Positions 19,976-28,288 of a stretch of DNA of 47,657 nt are shown one piece after another. Every line of letters begins with the position of its first letter. Positions within the stretch are counted from its first letter, which is position 1. The notes below the pieces were generated by a model that saw only the letters and a list, made by a program, of their open reading frames with translations, was not told where the DNA came from and ran no database searches. Where the stretch lies: IMG/VR virus record IMGVR_UViG_3300043416_000191, positions 1 to 47,657 of that record. One strand, written 5' to 3'. The translations under genes and the position numbers were made by a program. Origin of the DNA: a virus (lineage: Duplodnaviria; Caudoviricetes).

Positions 19976-21462
19976 GTAGGTTCATCACCATCATTTTCAT
20001 CATTAAAATCATCTGGAATATCAATAGCACCTTCTAATCCCATTTCATTGTAGCCACTGGTTTTATCAGTTGCGATACGTTGGCGCTCTTCTTCACTAGA
20101 AATAATACCAGATTCAATAAGTATTGTTGCAGTCTGTGCTTTAGTTAAATTAACATTAGCAACTTCTTCCGCAGATTGGGTATCGAGTGGCAACCAGTTC
20201 AAAGTTGTTTCAATATCAAGCCCCGGAATAAATGACTTAATCACCAACATGTGGTGACGCTCTGCTAATGGCGTTAAATCATGGGATTGAATTGATTCTA
20301 AAGTTTCATGGTATGAATCTTCCTCGTATTGCCCAGATGCTCCAAATCCTTTGGGTGAAGTACCCAGCAGTTTAGTAGCTGGTACTCCTGCAATGGCAGA
20401 CACCAATTGGTATTGCGTCATAATTAACGCATCAAAGTCAGATAGAGAAGTATCAAACTGATTAAACTCATCTCCTTCCTTGTCACCCATTTTAATGCCA
20501 TAGTTATCACGATACTGCGCCCATTGTTGCAATCTATCAGTAGCAGCATTGGTATCACCCATAACCGCTTCCATATCGGTCAGCCAGACAGTCGTGCGTT
20601 TAGACATAGCCAATTGTGGTGCTTCATTAGACGTACGTTCAGCAGCATAGATACGTTCCATGATTTGTTGTGTTAAAGGTATCCCACCATAAATATATTG
20701 TGGCTTTAAAACGTCTACGGGTTCGGCATGTTTAAATATTATCAAGTGGGATCTGTGTATCTTTTTACCATTGATGAGCCACCAAGTCGGTTCATAGAAG
20801 TGCATAGTGTCCGGTTGGCTGGCAGAAGGCCCATCAAGCATTGGGGCAGTCCAGTAGGGGTCTACTTGCACCATGCCTTTATAACTACCGGGTGTTACGC
20901 CATCAATATTGAAAGGTTTCTCATAATACAATGGATCTGTAGAAATAACCTTGAACATAACGATACGAATACCAAAAATACGACCTTTGCGGATAAACTC
21001 ACGCATATTAAAGGTTAATCGCATAGCCCTATCATAATGCTTTAGTATTTTTATGGCTTTTGGATCAAGTTCCTCGCCATCCACAGAAACAATGTTATAG
21101 CCTTTTCTTATTGCATCATCACCAGGCATTGCACAAGCTTTATTAACTAACCAGTTTTGCGCTAATATCCCACAAAGCTGTGCGCCAATAAATCCTTGGT
21201 TACTGTACCAGAATATCAATTGGTCACTAATATTAGCTTGAGCAGAGGAGTATTGTTTAAAAGATGGATAACCATTGCTGGAATCATCCATCGCCACGCC
21301 TTCTGTAGTTGTTATGGCTGGATGATTCCTATAAATAGCAGATAAGGTATCATGTGCAACATTAAAATGCGGCTCATGGTCATTGTGCGTACTAAATAGG
21401 CTTTTTCGCTTTTTAGGAGCTGGTTCTTGTGGTACTGGTTTGCTTTTAAGCCAATTGAACAT
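19972..21462 (-). CDS. Portal protein (DUF1073-like)
   Basis: KAC.MP..DAIR.G, IH.S.L and A..A.VPATKLLGTSP.GF motifs; follows TerL. Confidence 0.88.
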   Translation of the reverse strand: MFNWLKSKPVPQEPAPKKRKSLFSTHNDHEPHFNVAHDTLSAIYRNHPAITTTEGVAMDDSSNGYPSFKQYSSAQANISDQLIFWYSNQGFIGAQLCGILAQNWLVNKACAMPGDDAIRKGYNIVSVDGEELDPKAIKILKHYDRAMRLTFNMREFIRKGRIFGIRIVMFKVISTDPLYYEKPFNIDGVTPGSYKGMVQVDPYWTAPMLDGPSASQPDTMHFYEPTWWLINGKKIHRSHLIIFKHAEPVDVLKPQYIYGGIPLTQQIMERIYAAERTSNEAPQLAMSKRTTVWLTDMEAVMGDTNAATDRLQQWAQYRDNYGIKMGDKEGDEFNQFDTSLSDFDALIMTQYQLVSAIAGVPATKLLGTSPKGFGASGQYEEDSYHETLESIQSHDLTPLAERHHMLVIKSFIPGLDIETTLNWLPLDTQSAEEVANVNLTKAQTATILIESGIISSEEERQRIATDKTSGYNEMGLEGAIDIPDDFNDENDGDEPT

Positions 21463-21467
21463 ATTTA

Positions 21468-22829
21468 TTACCCAAAAAATGATCGACGACGCATATCGCT
21501 GGACAGATTCGCCATAATAAAAGCGTCAGCAATGTTTGGTGAACTTATACCACGTTTTGCTAAATCTTTCTTAGATTCAACTTTTACACGCCCATTATTA
21601 TCATAATCTTGTAGTGGACTACACAATTCATCAATTAAAATATTAAGATGAGGCATAGTTGACTCAATAAATATCATTTCATCCTCACTAAAATCTTGTC
21701 CGTTGGTAATAGCATTAAACGTGTTACGAAAACGATCTGCCACCAAAAACCATGCTTGGCTCTTGATGTTGCAGAAGTAATTCTTGTTTTTTATTCCAGA
21801 TCTACTATATTGCGCCTCTGGTTTTGCCACACTACCGCCAGCAAAAAACTTCTGATGCTCTATCTTCAGTTTACTACCATTATTCAACTCATTAAACTTT
21901 GCACCCGAAGTAGCACCAACACCAATAGCATCATAAACAATTAAACTATTCTCAATCCTTGCTCTATTCCACACCCGTGTACACGATTTGAGCAACTGGT
22001 CATCTTTACTATGCCACATATCTGCCCATAGATTAACCGACCCATGCGCTTCAATCATAGCACAATCATCTTCCCCAGAATCGGCTACGTCAAATCCGAT
22101 TCTACGTGTACCTAGTGGCTCTATTCCTAACTTCTTATGCCCATCTATTGCCGCCATAATATGTGACCGTTTTATAATAGCGGCTTCATCATCATCTTTT
22201 GGCTCACCTAAATACACATGAGCAAAATCATCATCATGCTCTTTTGCTTCATTAATAACCCTCAACATAGTAGAAGACAGATACGGATTATCGGGGTAGT
22301 TCACCTGCCGTACAATACAATCATTTGGCGTATTAACCACAAACCGCTTATAAACAAAATCAGTCGCCAGTCTAGGATTAAACACAATAAATATCTTACT
22401 ATTCTCTGCACGAATGGTCGGCATAATAACACGCCACTGCTCTTCAGTTAGCCCTTCCGCTTCCTCGATCCATAGCACTTCAATTCCAGTCATCCCCTTT
22501 ATTTCGTTTAGATTTCGGTTGATCCCCAAAAAGGTAAAACTAGATCCCGTTGTTTTATGGCGTATCTCGTTAGCAATCACCACAAATTCATCCATCAGCC
22601 CTGCTATCTCTATACACTCCACAATAGTAGACATTACCGAATCAGATAACCTATTTTGAAACTGGCGTACACATAGAAACTTAACTGAATACGTTGCGGC
22701 TAGATAGACGCAGAACCCAGCCGTATGATAAGTCTTTCCGCTGGCACGTCCGCCATGCAGTACATAGTAACGGTAGTCGGGTGATTCATAAAACCCTTCT
22801 AGGTTGGGGTTTAGGATTGGTTTAGGCAT
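21468..22829 (-). CDS. terL: Terminase large subunit (PBSX family)
   Basis: Walker A HGGRASGKT, Walker B LWIEEAE, FNP coupling motif, and nuclease motifs GFDVAD and SPNIADAF. Confidence 0.95.
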   Translation of the reverse strand: MPKPILNPNLEGFYESPDYRYYVLHGGRASGKTYHTAGFCVYLAATYSVKFLCVRQFQNRLSDSVMSTIVECIEIAGLMDEFVVIANEIRHKTTGSSFTFLGINRNLNEIKGMTGIEVLWIEEAEGLTEEQWRVIMPTIRAENSKIFIVFNPRLATDFVYKRFVVNTPNDCIVRQVNYPDNPYLSSTMLRVINEAKEHDDDFAHVYLGEPKDDDEAAIIKRSHIMAAIDGHKKLGIEPLGTRRIGFDVADSGEDDCAMIEAHGSVNLWADMWHSKDDQLLKSCTRVWNRARIENSLIVYDAIGVGATSGAKFNELNNGSKLKIEHQKFFAGGSVAKPEAQYSRSGIKNKNYFCNIKSQAWFLVADRFRNTFNAITNGQDFSEDEMIFIESTMPHLNILIDELCSPLQDYDNNGRVKVESKKDLAKRGISSPNIADAFIMANLSSDMRRRSFFG

Positions 22830-23449
22830 TACTTATTATCCTTGTCTTGGTCATCCACCAAGGTAGGAATACCATAGAAGTCGGCTAAGGTCTTTTTGCC
22901 AATAATATCGCCAGTTTTGGTGAGTCTATCCACTGTCTGCTTGTTTATGTTAAGTAGATTCATGGACGGTGCGGCTGCTTCATTAGCGGTTTTGGTAATA
23001 GCACTGATAGCACCAAGGGTATTAATATCAATTCCATCGGCAAGCATACTTTCGGTCATTTCTTGAGCAAGTTTTGCCAGCTTAAAGAAATTCATCGCTC
23101 CGTACAAAGCACCTTCTGTTAAATTCTCACTAATAGAGATTAAATTCTTAGCCATATCCCATGCTTCTACTTGTAGCTTGGGGTGCATACCTTTTACGCC
23201 AGACTGAACATATTCATGGGCAATTACTATTTTACTAGCGGCTGTTTCTAGAGGTGATTCCTCTTGAAGGCCGACTCCCATCTTAGAATGAATAGATTGA
23301 CGGGTAATTCCGTATTCACGGGCGAGTGATGCTTTGGACTCTCCAAAACGTACCCTAGCGGCTATATTAGCCCATTGTAGAGGGGTTAGGCGCACCTGCA
23401 CCTTCTTGGCTAGTTTTTTAGGTTGTTTAGGTTGTTTATCTTCAAACAT
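22829..23449 (-). CDS. Terminase small subunit (putative, HTH)
   Basis: HTH GESKASLAREYGITRQSI; coupled directly upstream of terL. Confidence 0.7.
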   Translation of the reverse strand: MFEDKQPKQPKKLAKKVQVRLTPLQWANIAARVRFGESKASLAREYGITRQSIHSKMGVGLQEESPLETAASKIVIAHEYVQSGVKGMHPKLQVEAWDMAKNLISISENLTEGALYGAMNFFKLAKLAQEMTESMLADGIDINTLGAISAITKTANEAAAPSMNLLNINKQTVDRLTKTGDIIGKKTLADFYGIPTLVDDQDKDNK

Positions 23450-23695
23450 AAGTAAGGTTTCGTAATATTAAAGTAAAAAAATTACTGAGAAATATAACAC
23501 TAAATTGACCGAAAAGTGTAAAGTTTTTTATTTGACACTAGGGTGATTTTACGGGTTTTGTCAGGTTTTGGGGAAAGGCAGACACTTTTTGGGGGGTATC
23601 CACCCCTTTTGATTTCCAGTAACAGTGAAATCAGCTTACGCCACGGGAGCCGTGGCCTGTAGCCTATCAACGCCTGCAGGCCCCGGACCGTATGG

Positions 23696-23767
23696 CCTGA
23701 AGAGCTGCCTGGCCATTTAATTACACGGCTGGCGTACCTGAAGAGCTGCCAGGTTATTTAATGACAC
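23696..23767. repeat. 31-bp imperfect direct repeat, 2 copies 41 bp apart
   Basis: CCTGAAGAGCTGCC(T/A)GG(CC/TT)ATTTAAT(T/G)ACAC at 23696 and 23737. Confidence 0.85.
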
Positions 23768-23789
23768 TTGTTTACAGTTTGTTTACTTG

Positions 23790-23812
23790 TTACTTTCCTT
23801 ATAGGAAAGTAA
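23790..23812. repeat. Perfect 10-3-10 inverted repeat
   Basis: TTACTTTCCT-TAT-AGGAAAGTAA. Confidence 0.85.
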
Positions 23813-23824
23813 AGCTACCTTATT

Positions 23825-23837
23825 AATCAATAGCTTA
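23825..23837 (+). promoter_or_regulatory. IHF-consensus site
   Basis: AATCAATAGCTTA matches WATCAANNNNTTR. Confidence 0.4.
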
Positions 23838-23916
23838 GGTAATCAAAAGGGTAAATATAGGGTAATAAATGTTTTTTTTCTTTTTTGGCGTTCCAGAATC
23901 TTTATAAATTAATCTT

Positions 23917-23955
23917 TTACCACTTATACAAGTGATTAGTTGTATAAGGTGGTAA
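23917..23955. repeat. Long inverted repeat (one bulge)
   Basis: TTACCACTTATACAA-N8-TTGTATAAGGTGGTAA. Confidence 0.8.
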
Positions 23956-24022
23956 GGGTGTTTTGTTTGATTTTTTGAAGTTCCAGTATTTATTATCTAA
24001 TTAATTTATTTTATTTAAGCTA

Positions 24023-24050
24023 TTTACTTTTATTGTTTATGTTATATAAT
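24023..24050 (+). promoter_or_regulatory. Putative sigma70 early promoter
   Basis: TTTACT-16 nt-TATAAT with an AT-rich upstream element, ahead of the rightward small-gene operon. Confidence 0.5.
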
Positions 24051-24088
24051 TTAATCTCACTATCAACTTTAACTATATAAGAGACTTT

Positions 24089-24244
24089 ATGAAAACATTA
24101 ATTTTAACCTTAACGATATTAATAATATCGTTAATGCTGACAATGATTATTGTTTCATTGCCGCAAATGGTCGTTATTAACAGCATGATGCTTTTGCTAC
24201 TTGCAATAGTATCTTTTTTACCTTTATTTTTACTAAGAGCTTAA
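24089..24244 (+). CDS. Small hydrophobic membrane protein (51 aa, not in ORF track)
   Basis: MKTLILTLTILIISLMLTMIIVSLPQMVVINSMMLLLLAIVSFLPLFLLRA, preceded by AAGAGA. Confidence 0.5.
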   Translation: MKTLILTLTILIISLMLTMIIVSLPQMVVINSMMLLLLAIVSFLPLFLLRA

Positions 24245-24248
24245 AACT

Positions 24249-24359
24249 ATGAACGACCTACTTAACACAACTTATAAAATTTACATATTGGCAGGCCTTG
24301 CAAGTATTGCCTTTCTTGGCGGCATTCGTATCATTTGCTTAATTTTATCCCTTAACTAA
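24249..24359 (+). CDS. Small membrane peptide (36 aa, not in ORF track)
   Basis: MNDLLNTTYKIYILAGLASIAFLGGIRIICLILSLN, preceded by AAGAG. Confidence 0.45.
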   Translation: MNDLLNTTYKIYILAGLASIAFLGGIRIICLILSLN

Positions 24360-24373
24360 ACGAGAGAACTAAC

Positions 24374-24763
24374 ATGAAACATTGCAACAATGAAAATGAA
24401 CAAACAAAAATAATGGAAAAAAATAAAGCTTTTTTTGCTTTTAACAATGAACAGTTTATTAATGATTGCGATCTGTCACTAAATTATCAAAGCTTGGGTA
24501 ATGGTCTATATTGCCCTGCTTGTAATGTTAATGCATTAACTAAGGAGTTAAAGGAATCATGGGATTTTAAAATCCAGTGGGAATTATCAAACAATACTTT
24601 AAAAGATATTATTTGGTATGAGCTAGCAAATCACGAGTCACAAATAACTGGTGATTATAGTGACGCACTCGAAGCTTTAAAACCTTACAACATAAAGGAG
24701 GATGATATAAAAAAAGAATGGGGCAGCTACTATCGGGATTGCATCGATAAAGGTTATTTTTAA
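24374..24763 (+). CDS. Hypothetical early protein
   Basis: 129 aa with AFFAFNNEQF and IIWYELANHE motifs; RBS GAGAGA. Confidence 0.65.
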   Translation: MKHCNNENEQTKIMEKNKAFFAFNNEQFINDCDLSLNYQSLGNGLYCPACNVNALTKELKESWDFKIQWELSNNTLKDIIWYELANHESQITGDYSDALEALKPYNIKEDDIKKEWGSYYRDCIDKGYF

Positions 24764-24808
24764 CTCAGTATATAAAATCAATTTAACTAAACTAAAAGGT
24801 AAACTAAA

Positions 24809-25363
24809 ATGAAACTAAGCGACTTAAGACTAGCACTAAGCGCAACACCTAAAAAACCTGATATTCGTTACTATTTAAATGGCTTAAATATCACTAGAAC
24901 CCACGTTAGCGGCTCAAATGGCCATGTGTTATGCCATATCAATACTTACACCAATGATATTCCAGGCGATCATGAGAATATTATCGTTCCGGTCGAAACA
25001 ATAAAAGCGCTGCTGAAAAAAGTAGGTGCAAAACATGAAAACATGGAAGTCTGTATATTTTTAATTAATAACCAATACCAACTCCAATGTATGAATCAAG
25101 TCGAAGTGTTCACGCCTATAGATCATAAATATCCATCGTTTGAAAAGATAATTGCGCCTATCAAGTTAAATGAGCATGATAAAAATTTAAACGCTATACA
25201 ACATCAATTTGATTGGTCATATGTTGCACTTGCAAATGATGCTATTTGCAAATATTTTGGTAATACTACGCCTAAAAGATTATATAGTTTTGAGCTGGCG
25301 GGTTATTTTATGCCGGGCGATCACGATGCTATTATTTACGTAATTATGCCATGCAGGTTATAA
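24809..25363 (+). CDS. DNA polymerase III beta-clamp-like protein (single-domain homologue)
   Basis: DIRYYLNGL...GSNGH.L, IIVP.E.IK, ID.KYP.F.KII and VIMPCRL resemble DnaN middle-domain and C-terminal motifs. Confidence 0.65.
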   Translation: MKLSDLRLALSATPKKPDIRYYLNGLNITRTHVSGSNGHVLCHINTYTNDIPGDHENIIVPVETIKALLKKVGAKHENMEVCIFLINNQYQLQCMNQVEVFTPIDHKYPSFEKIIAPIKLNEHDKNLNAIQHQFDWSYVALANDAICKYFGNTTPKRLYSFELAGYFMPGDHDAIIYVIMPCRL

Positions 25364-25367
25364 GATT

Positions 25368-25541
25368 ATGACAAAACCAAAACAATATAAGCAGCCAGTA
25401 GGCCGGCCAACTATCCAAGCAGACCTTAAAAATAAAGGTGTTATGATTAGTTTGAGCGTTATATTAATAAACAGATTAAAACTTGAAAAGAATAAGTCTA
25501 GATTAATTCAAGAGCTATTGATTCAATACTATGATTTGTAA
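25368..25541 (+). CDS. Small DNA-binding protein (GRP motif plus RHH-like; 57 aa, not in ORF track)
   Basis: MTKPKQYKQPVGRPTIQADLKNKGVMISLS...NKSRLIQELLIQYYDL. Confidence 0.6.
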   Translation: MTKPKQYKQPVGRPTIQADLKNKGVMISLSVILINRLKLEKNKSRLIQELLIQYYDL

Positions 25542-25566
25542 CCACTAACAATCCCCATTACTCTAT

Positions 25567-25594
25567 AGGCCGCCTGACAAGCGGCCTTTTTTTT
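25567..25594 (+). terminator. Intrinsic terminator
   Basis: AGGCCGC-ctgacaa-GCGGCCT followed by a T tract. Confidence 0.9.
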
Positions 25595-25715
25595 GCCTTG
25601 AATATCTTAAATTATCCATTCTAAGCTATCTTTTAAGCTTACCCACTACAATAGTATTACTTCAATAAAATCGCCCTACTACCATGTTATTTAATACCTT
25701 TACACTATATAATTT

Positions 25716-25738
25716 TAATGCGACCTTGTGTCGCATTA
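25716..25738. repeat. 9-5-9 inverted repeat
   Basis: TAATGCGAC-cttgt-GTCGCATTA. Confidence 0.75.
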
Positions 25739-25896
25739 TATTATAGCCAGTACAAGCCTATAATCATTTCATCTTATTGATAATAATCAATAAACCTTTA
25801 AAATTGCGTTCTAAGGCATTTTTAACTTTTATTAGTATCCTAGTATAGGTTTTAATTTAAGCGCCTAGAATCAATCAGAATTAGATATAAAAAAAT

Positions 25897-26215
25897 GAGG
25901 TAAAATCCCTAAAAAGCTTTATTTTAGGTAAATTTTTGAGGTAAAATCCCTAAAAAATGACGTTTTAACTAATTTTTTGAGGTAAAATCCCTAATGAGAA
26001 CATTCTCATTTAAAAACCAAATGATACATTATAACATGTTTTTTCAGTTTTTTTTTGAGTTTTTATTTTATGAAAAAATGAAGTAAAATACCTAAAAAAT
26101 GACTTTTTAACTAATTTTTGAAGTAAAATCCCTAAAAAGCTTTATTTTAGGTAAATTTTTGAGGTAAAATCCCTTTTTTGGTCTAAATGAGAACATTCTC
26201 ATTTAAAAACCAAAT
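25897..26215. repeat. Two triplets of a 14-bp repeat with 40-41 bp period, each closed by an 18-bp palindrome
   Basis: GA(G/A)GTAAAAT(C/A)CCT at 25897, 25938, 25979, 26080, 26120 and 26161. AATGAGAACATTCTCATT at 25993 and 26186. Confidence 0.9.
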
Positions 26216-26280
26216 TCACCCTATTTCCAACTTTCCAGATATTCTAGCCATATCCTTTTTACCCACTCCATAACACCCCC

Positions 26281-26310
26281 TTTATCTCTTTATCTCTTTA
26301 TCTCTTTATC
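26281..26310. repeat. 8-bp tandem repeat (TTTATCTC x3.75)
   Basis: tttatctctttatctctttatctctttatc. Confidence 0.85.
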
Positions 26311-26333
26311 AACACAACTACAAACTACTCTTC

Positions 26334-26510
26334 CTAAGCTTCCCCTGCTTTAACTGCTATCTTATGCTTTTCAGCAGAACTAAGGACATTTGATCGAGCA
26401 TTGCCACCTTCTCTAGCAATAGCCACCTTCTCATTATGCGTTAATGCTTTAGCCCTAGCTTGTCCACCCAACGATTGTGGTGTCACCTTACTCTTCTCTT
26501 CTTCTGCCAT
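26334..26510 (-). CDS. 58-aa KGG-like repeat protein (not in ORF track)
   Basis: MAEEEKSKVTPQSLGGQARAKALTHNEKVAIAREGGNARSNVLSSAEKHKIAVKAGEA contains two GG.AR...L...EK..IA units. Confidence 0.65.
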   Translation of the reverse strand: MAEEEKSKVTPQSLGGQARAKALTHNEKVAIAREGGNARSNVLSSAEKHKIAVKAGEA

Positions 26511-26585
26511 TTCTATTCCCCTTTCATTAATAAATAACCCTTATGCCAGCAAGCATGTTCCCATCTCCAGCAAGCATGTTCCCCC

Positions 26586-26798
26586 TTAATATCTCAACAA
26601 AGAACTTCTATGCTCCCACTCCGCAGCACACTCTTTATCACAGAACCTCGATACAACGCCACCACGCTCCAATACTTTTTCACCGCAGTGTAGGCATGAC
26701 CCAGTACCATTTATATCCACCACCACGCCTCTTGCCGCTCTTATATGACCTTCTAACCACTTCTCTGCTTGCTCATTACCCGAATCTATCTCATCCAA
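26586..26798 (-). CDS. TraR/DksA-like C4 zinc-finger protein
   Basis: D.ID..NE at the N-terminus and CLHCGE...RFCDKEC. Confidence 0.65.
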   Translation of the reverse strand: MDEIDSGNEQAEKWLEGHIRAARGVVVDINGTGSCLHCGEKVLERGGVVSRFCDKECAAEWEHRSSLLRY

Positions 26799-27024
26799 TT
26801 AACTCATCCTCTCTGCACATATCTTGATACCTCTCCAACGTATCCATTGCCTCCTGCACATCTTGTTCCATATCCTTTGCCCCTCTACCTCCAGCACACA
26901 ACAACTTCTTTATTGCATGTTGCAAACACGGATCTGTAACTTCAAACAACTCCAATACTCTATACACATCAACTGCATCTAAATGCACTGTCTTTTTAAA
27001 ATAATGATTGTATGTATTTTTCAT
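26791..27024 (-). CDS. DUF3310-like phage protein
   Basis: HY.K...DVYRVL..F.V.DPCLQHAIKKLLCAG.RG.KD..QD..EA. Probable start MKNTY at 27024 overlaps the HNH stop. Confidence 0.65.
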   Translation of the reverse strand: MKNTYNHYFKKTVHLDAVDVYRVLELFEVTDPCLQHAIKKLLCAGGRGAKDMEQDVQEAMDTLERYQDMCREDELIG

Positions 27025-27518
27025 GCGGCTTTCTCTTCCCAAAATGGATGATACCTTCTTTTAGCAGCCAAATAAACTTCAGATGCTTCTTCTGGAGTAT
27101 TGTAAGAACCTAAAAATTTAGATTTTCCACTTATTTTTATTGTTGCTCTCCAGTTTTTATTTGGTTTACTCCAACTAACACCTTTAAACCCCGATGTGTT
27201 GTCTATATTTGGTTTTGATATATTTTGTGAATTTTGTTTTGCTGTAACTAATCTTAAATTAATTATACGATTATCATCTTTAATTTCATTAATATGATCT
27301 ATTTGTAAAATAGAAAAATAACCATACATATAAAACCAAGCCAACCTATGTGCAAAATAACGTTTATAATCAAAAGTTATCTGAATATACCCTTCAGGAC
27401 GTTTATAGCCAACAGCATCCCCAATTAAACCTCCACCACGTCTTTTCGTAAGATTGGTAAAAACACCAGTTTCTGGGTCGTAAGATAATAATTCTTTTAA
27501 ACGTTCTTGTGTAAGCAT
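27021..27518 (-). CDS. HNH endonuclease with C-terminal AP2 DNA-binding domain
   Basis: LTQERLKELLSYDPETG, AHRLAW.Y, IDHIN..KDDNR..NLR and NTSGFKGVSW...W.A.I...LG.Y motifs. Confidence 0.92.
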   Translation of the reverse strand: MLTQERLKELLSYDPETGVFTNLTKRRGGGLIGDAVGYKRPEGYIQITFDYKRYFAHRLAWFYMYGYFSILQIDHINEIKDDNRIINLRLVTAKQNSQNISKPNIDNTSGFKGVSWSKPNKNWRATIKISGKSKFLGSYNTPEEASEVYLAAKRRYHPFWEEKAA

Positions 27519-27612
27519 TTTGAAAATTCCTTTAGCATAGAATTATTAAGCGAAAAGTTATGTGGCAACCTTGCTTAAGGGTGTTCATCTTCGATTGACT
27601 AGCCACAACTTA
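27512..27612 (-). ncRNA. Putative structured leader RNA (three-way junction plus pseudoknot) upstream of HNH-AP2 gene
   Basis: Minus strand: AAGUUGUGGC-UAG-UCAAUC(gaa)GAUGA-ACAC-CCU(uaagca)AGG-UU-GCCACAUAACUU. The loop is complementary to downstream GCUUAA and to UGCUUA overlapping the AUG. Confidence 0.62.
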
Positions 27613-27621
27613 ATTATACCA
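27613..27621 (-). promoter_or_regulatory. Extended -10 promoter (TGgTATAAT) of the HNH-AP2 cassette
   Basis: Perfect TGnTATAAT immediately before the structured leader. Confidence 0.65.
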
Positions 27622-27627
27622 TATTTT

Positions 27628-27765
27628 TTACAGTTGCATTGCTTGTATAAATGCTTTAACTCTTATTGTATTTTTAACTAATTCAATAAATTTATCTAAT
27701 TCTTCATCACTAGGTTTTTTATTCATCTTCTCTGCCATTAAATAAAAGTATTCTTCATCAGTCAT
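27628..27765 (-). CDS. Hypothetical 45-aa protein (not in ORF track)
   Basis: MTDEEYFYLMAEKMNKKPSDEELDKFIELVKNTIRVKAFIQAMQL. Confidence 0.45.
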   Translation of the reverse strand: MTDEEYFYLMAEKMNKKPSDEELDKFIELVKNTIRVKAFIQAMQL

Positions 27766-27972
27766 TATCATCACCATTCACGATACATTTTATACCAAAT
27801 CCATGTCACTACAAAATACCCTATTCCAATCCAACCAATTATTTCCAAGACCACAAGCATTTTACAACCCCTATAAAAAATATAAACATTCCAATCACAA
27901 AAGCAATTGGCATTAAGTACCAGTTAGTCATCCTTCTTTTCATAATTCCTCATAAAATCATCATTTTTATGT

Positions 27973-28288
27973 TGTCTATACTATAACTTATTGATTTATA
28001 GTAATATTATTCATATATTCAGTAAATATAGACAGCAAATGCCATATAGACACCTTTTTTTCCAATACCCCTTAATACGTAAAACACGTTTTTTTATATC
28101 TGGCAGTTGTCTATTAATTTTATAAATAAATATGTGTTTCTCATGTAGGACGTTTTCCTTATTTATACTGTCTATACTGTCTATATTAAATAAAAGTAAA
28201 TAAATAAAAGAATAATAATAATAGAAATCAGTAACTTATATATAGACACCTTATAGACACCATTTTCAAAAATAGTGTCTAATAGACA
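27973..28288. other. Putative replication origin: TATAGACA iterons in both orientations
   Basis: TATAGACA/TGTCTAT(A/T) at 27973, 28027, 28045, 28108, 28169, 28178, 28241 and 28252, plus palindrome TGTCTAATAGACA at 28276. AT-rich, with an IHF consensus at 27984-27996; directly downstream of the primase gene. Confidence 0.65.

Noticed and set aside
61-22659. Numerous plus-strand ORFs of 60-150 aa within the structural region (e.g. 61-291, 5862-6146, 10395-10757, 16719-17165)
   Set aside because: They are antisense shadows of well-supported minus-strand genes, with no recognisable motifs.
25897-26215. Possible mini-CRISPR array
   Set aside because: The repeat is only ~14 bp, the spacers are reused (a and b each appear twice) and are low-complexity A/T tracts, and there are no cas genes.
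26401-26827. Plus-strand ORFs 26401-26589 and 26543-26827, including a 21-bp tandem repeat
   Set aside because: They are antisense to the better supported minus-strand KGG-like and zinc-finger genes. The short CCAGCAAGCATGTTCCC duplication looks like a local slippage event.
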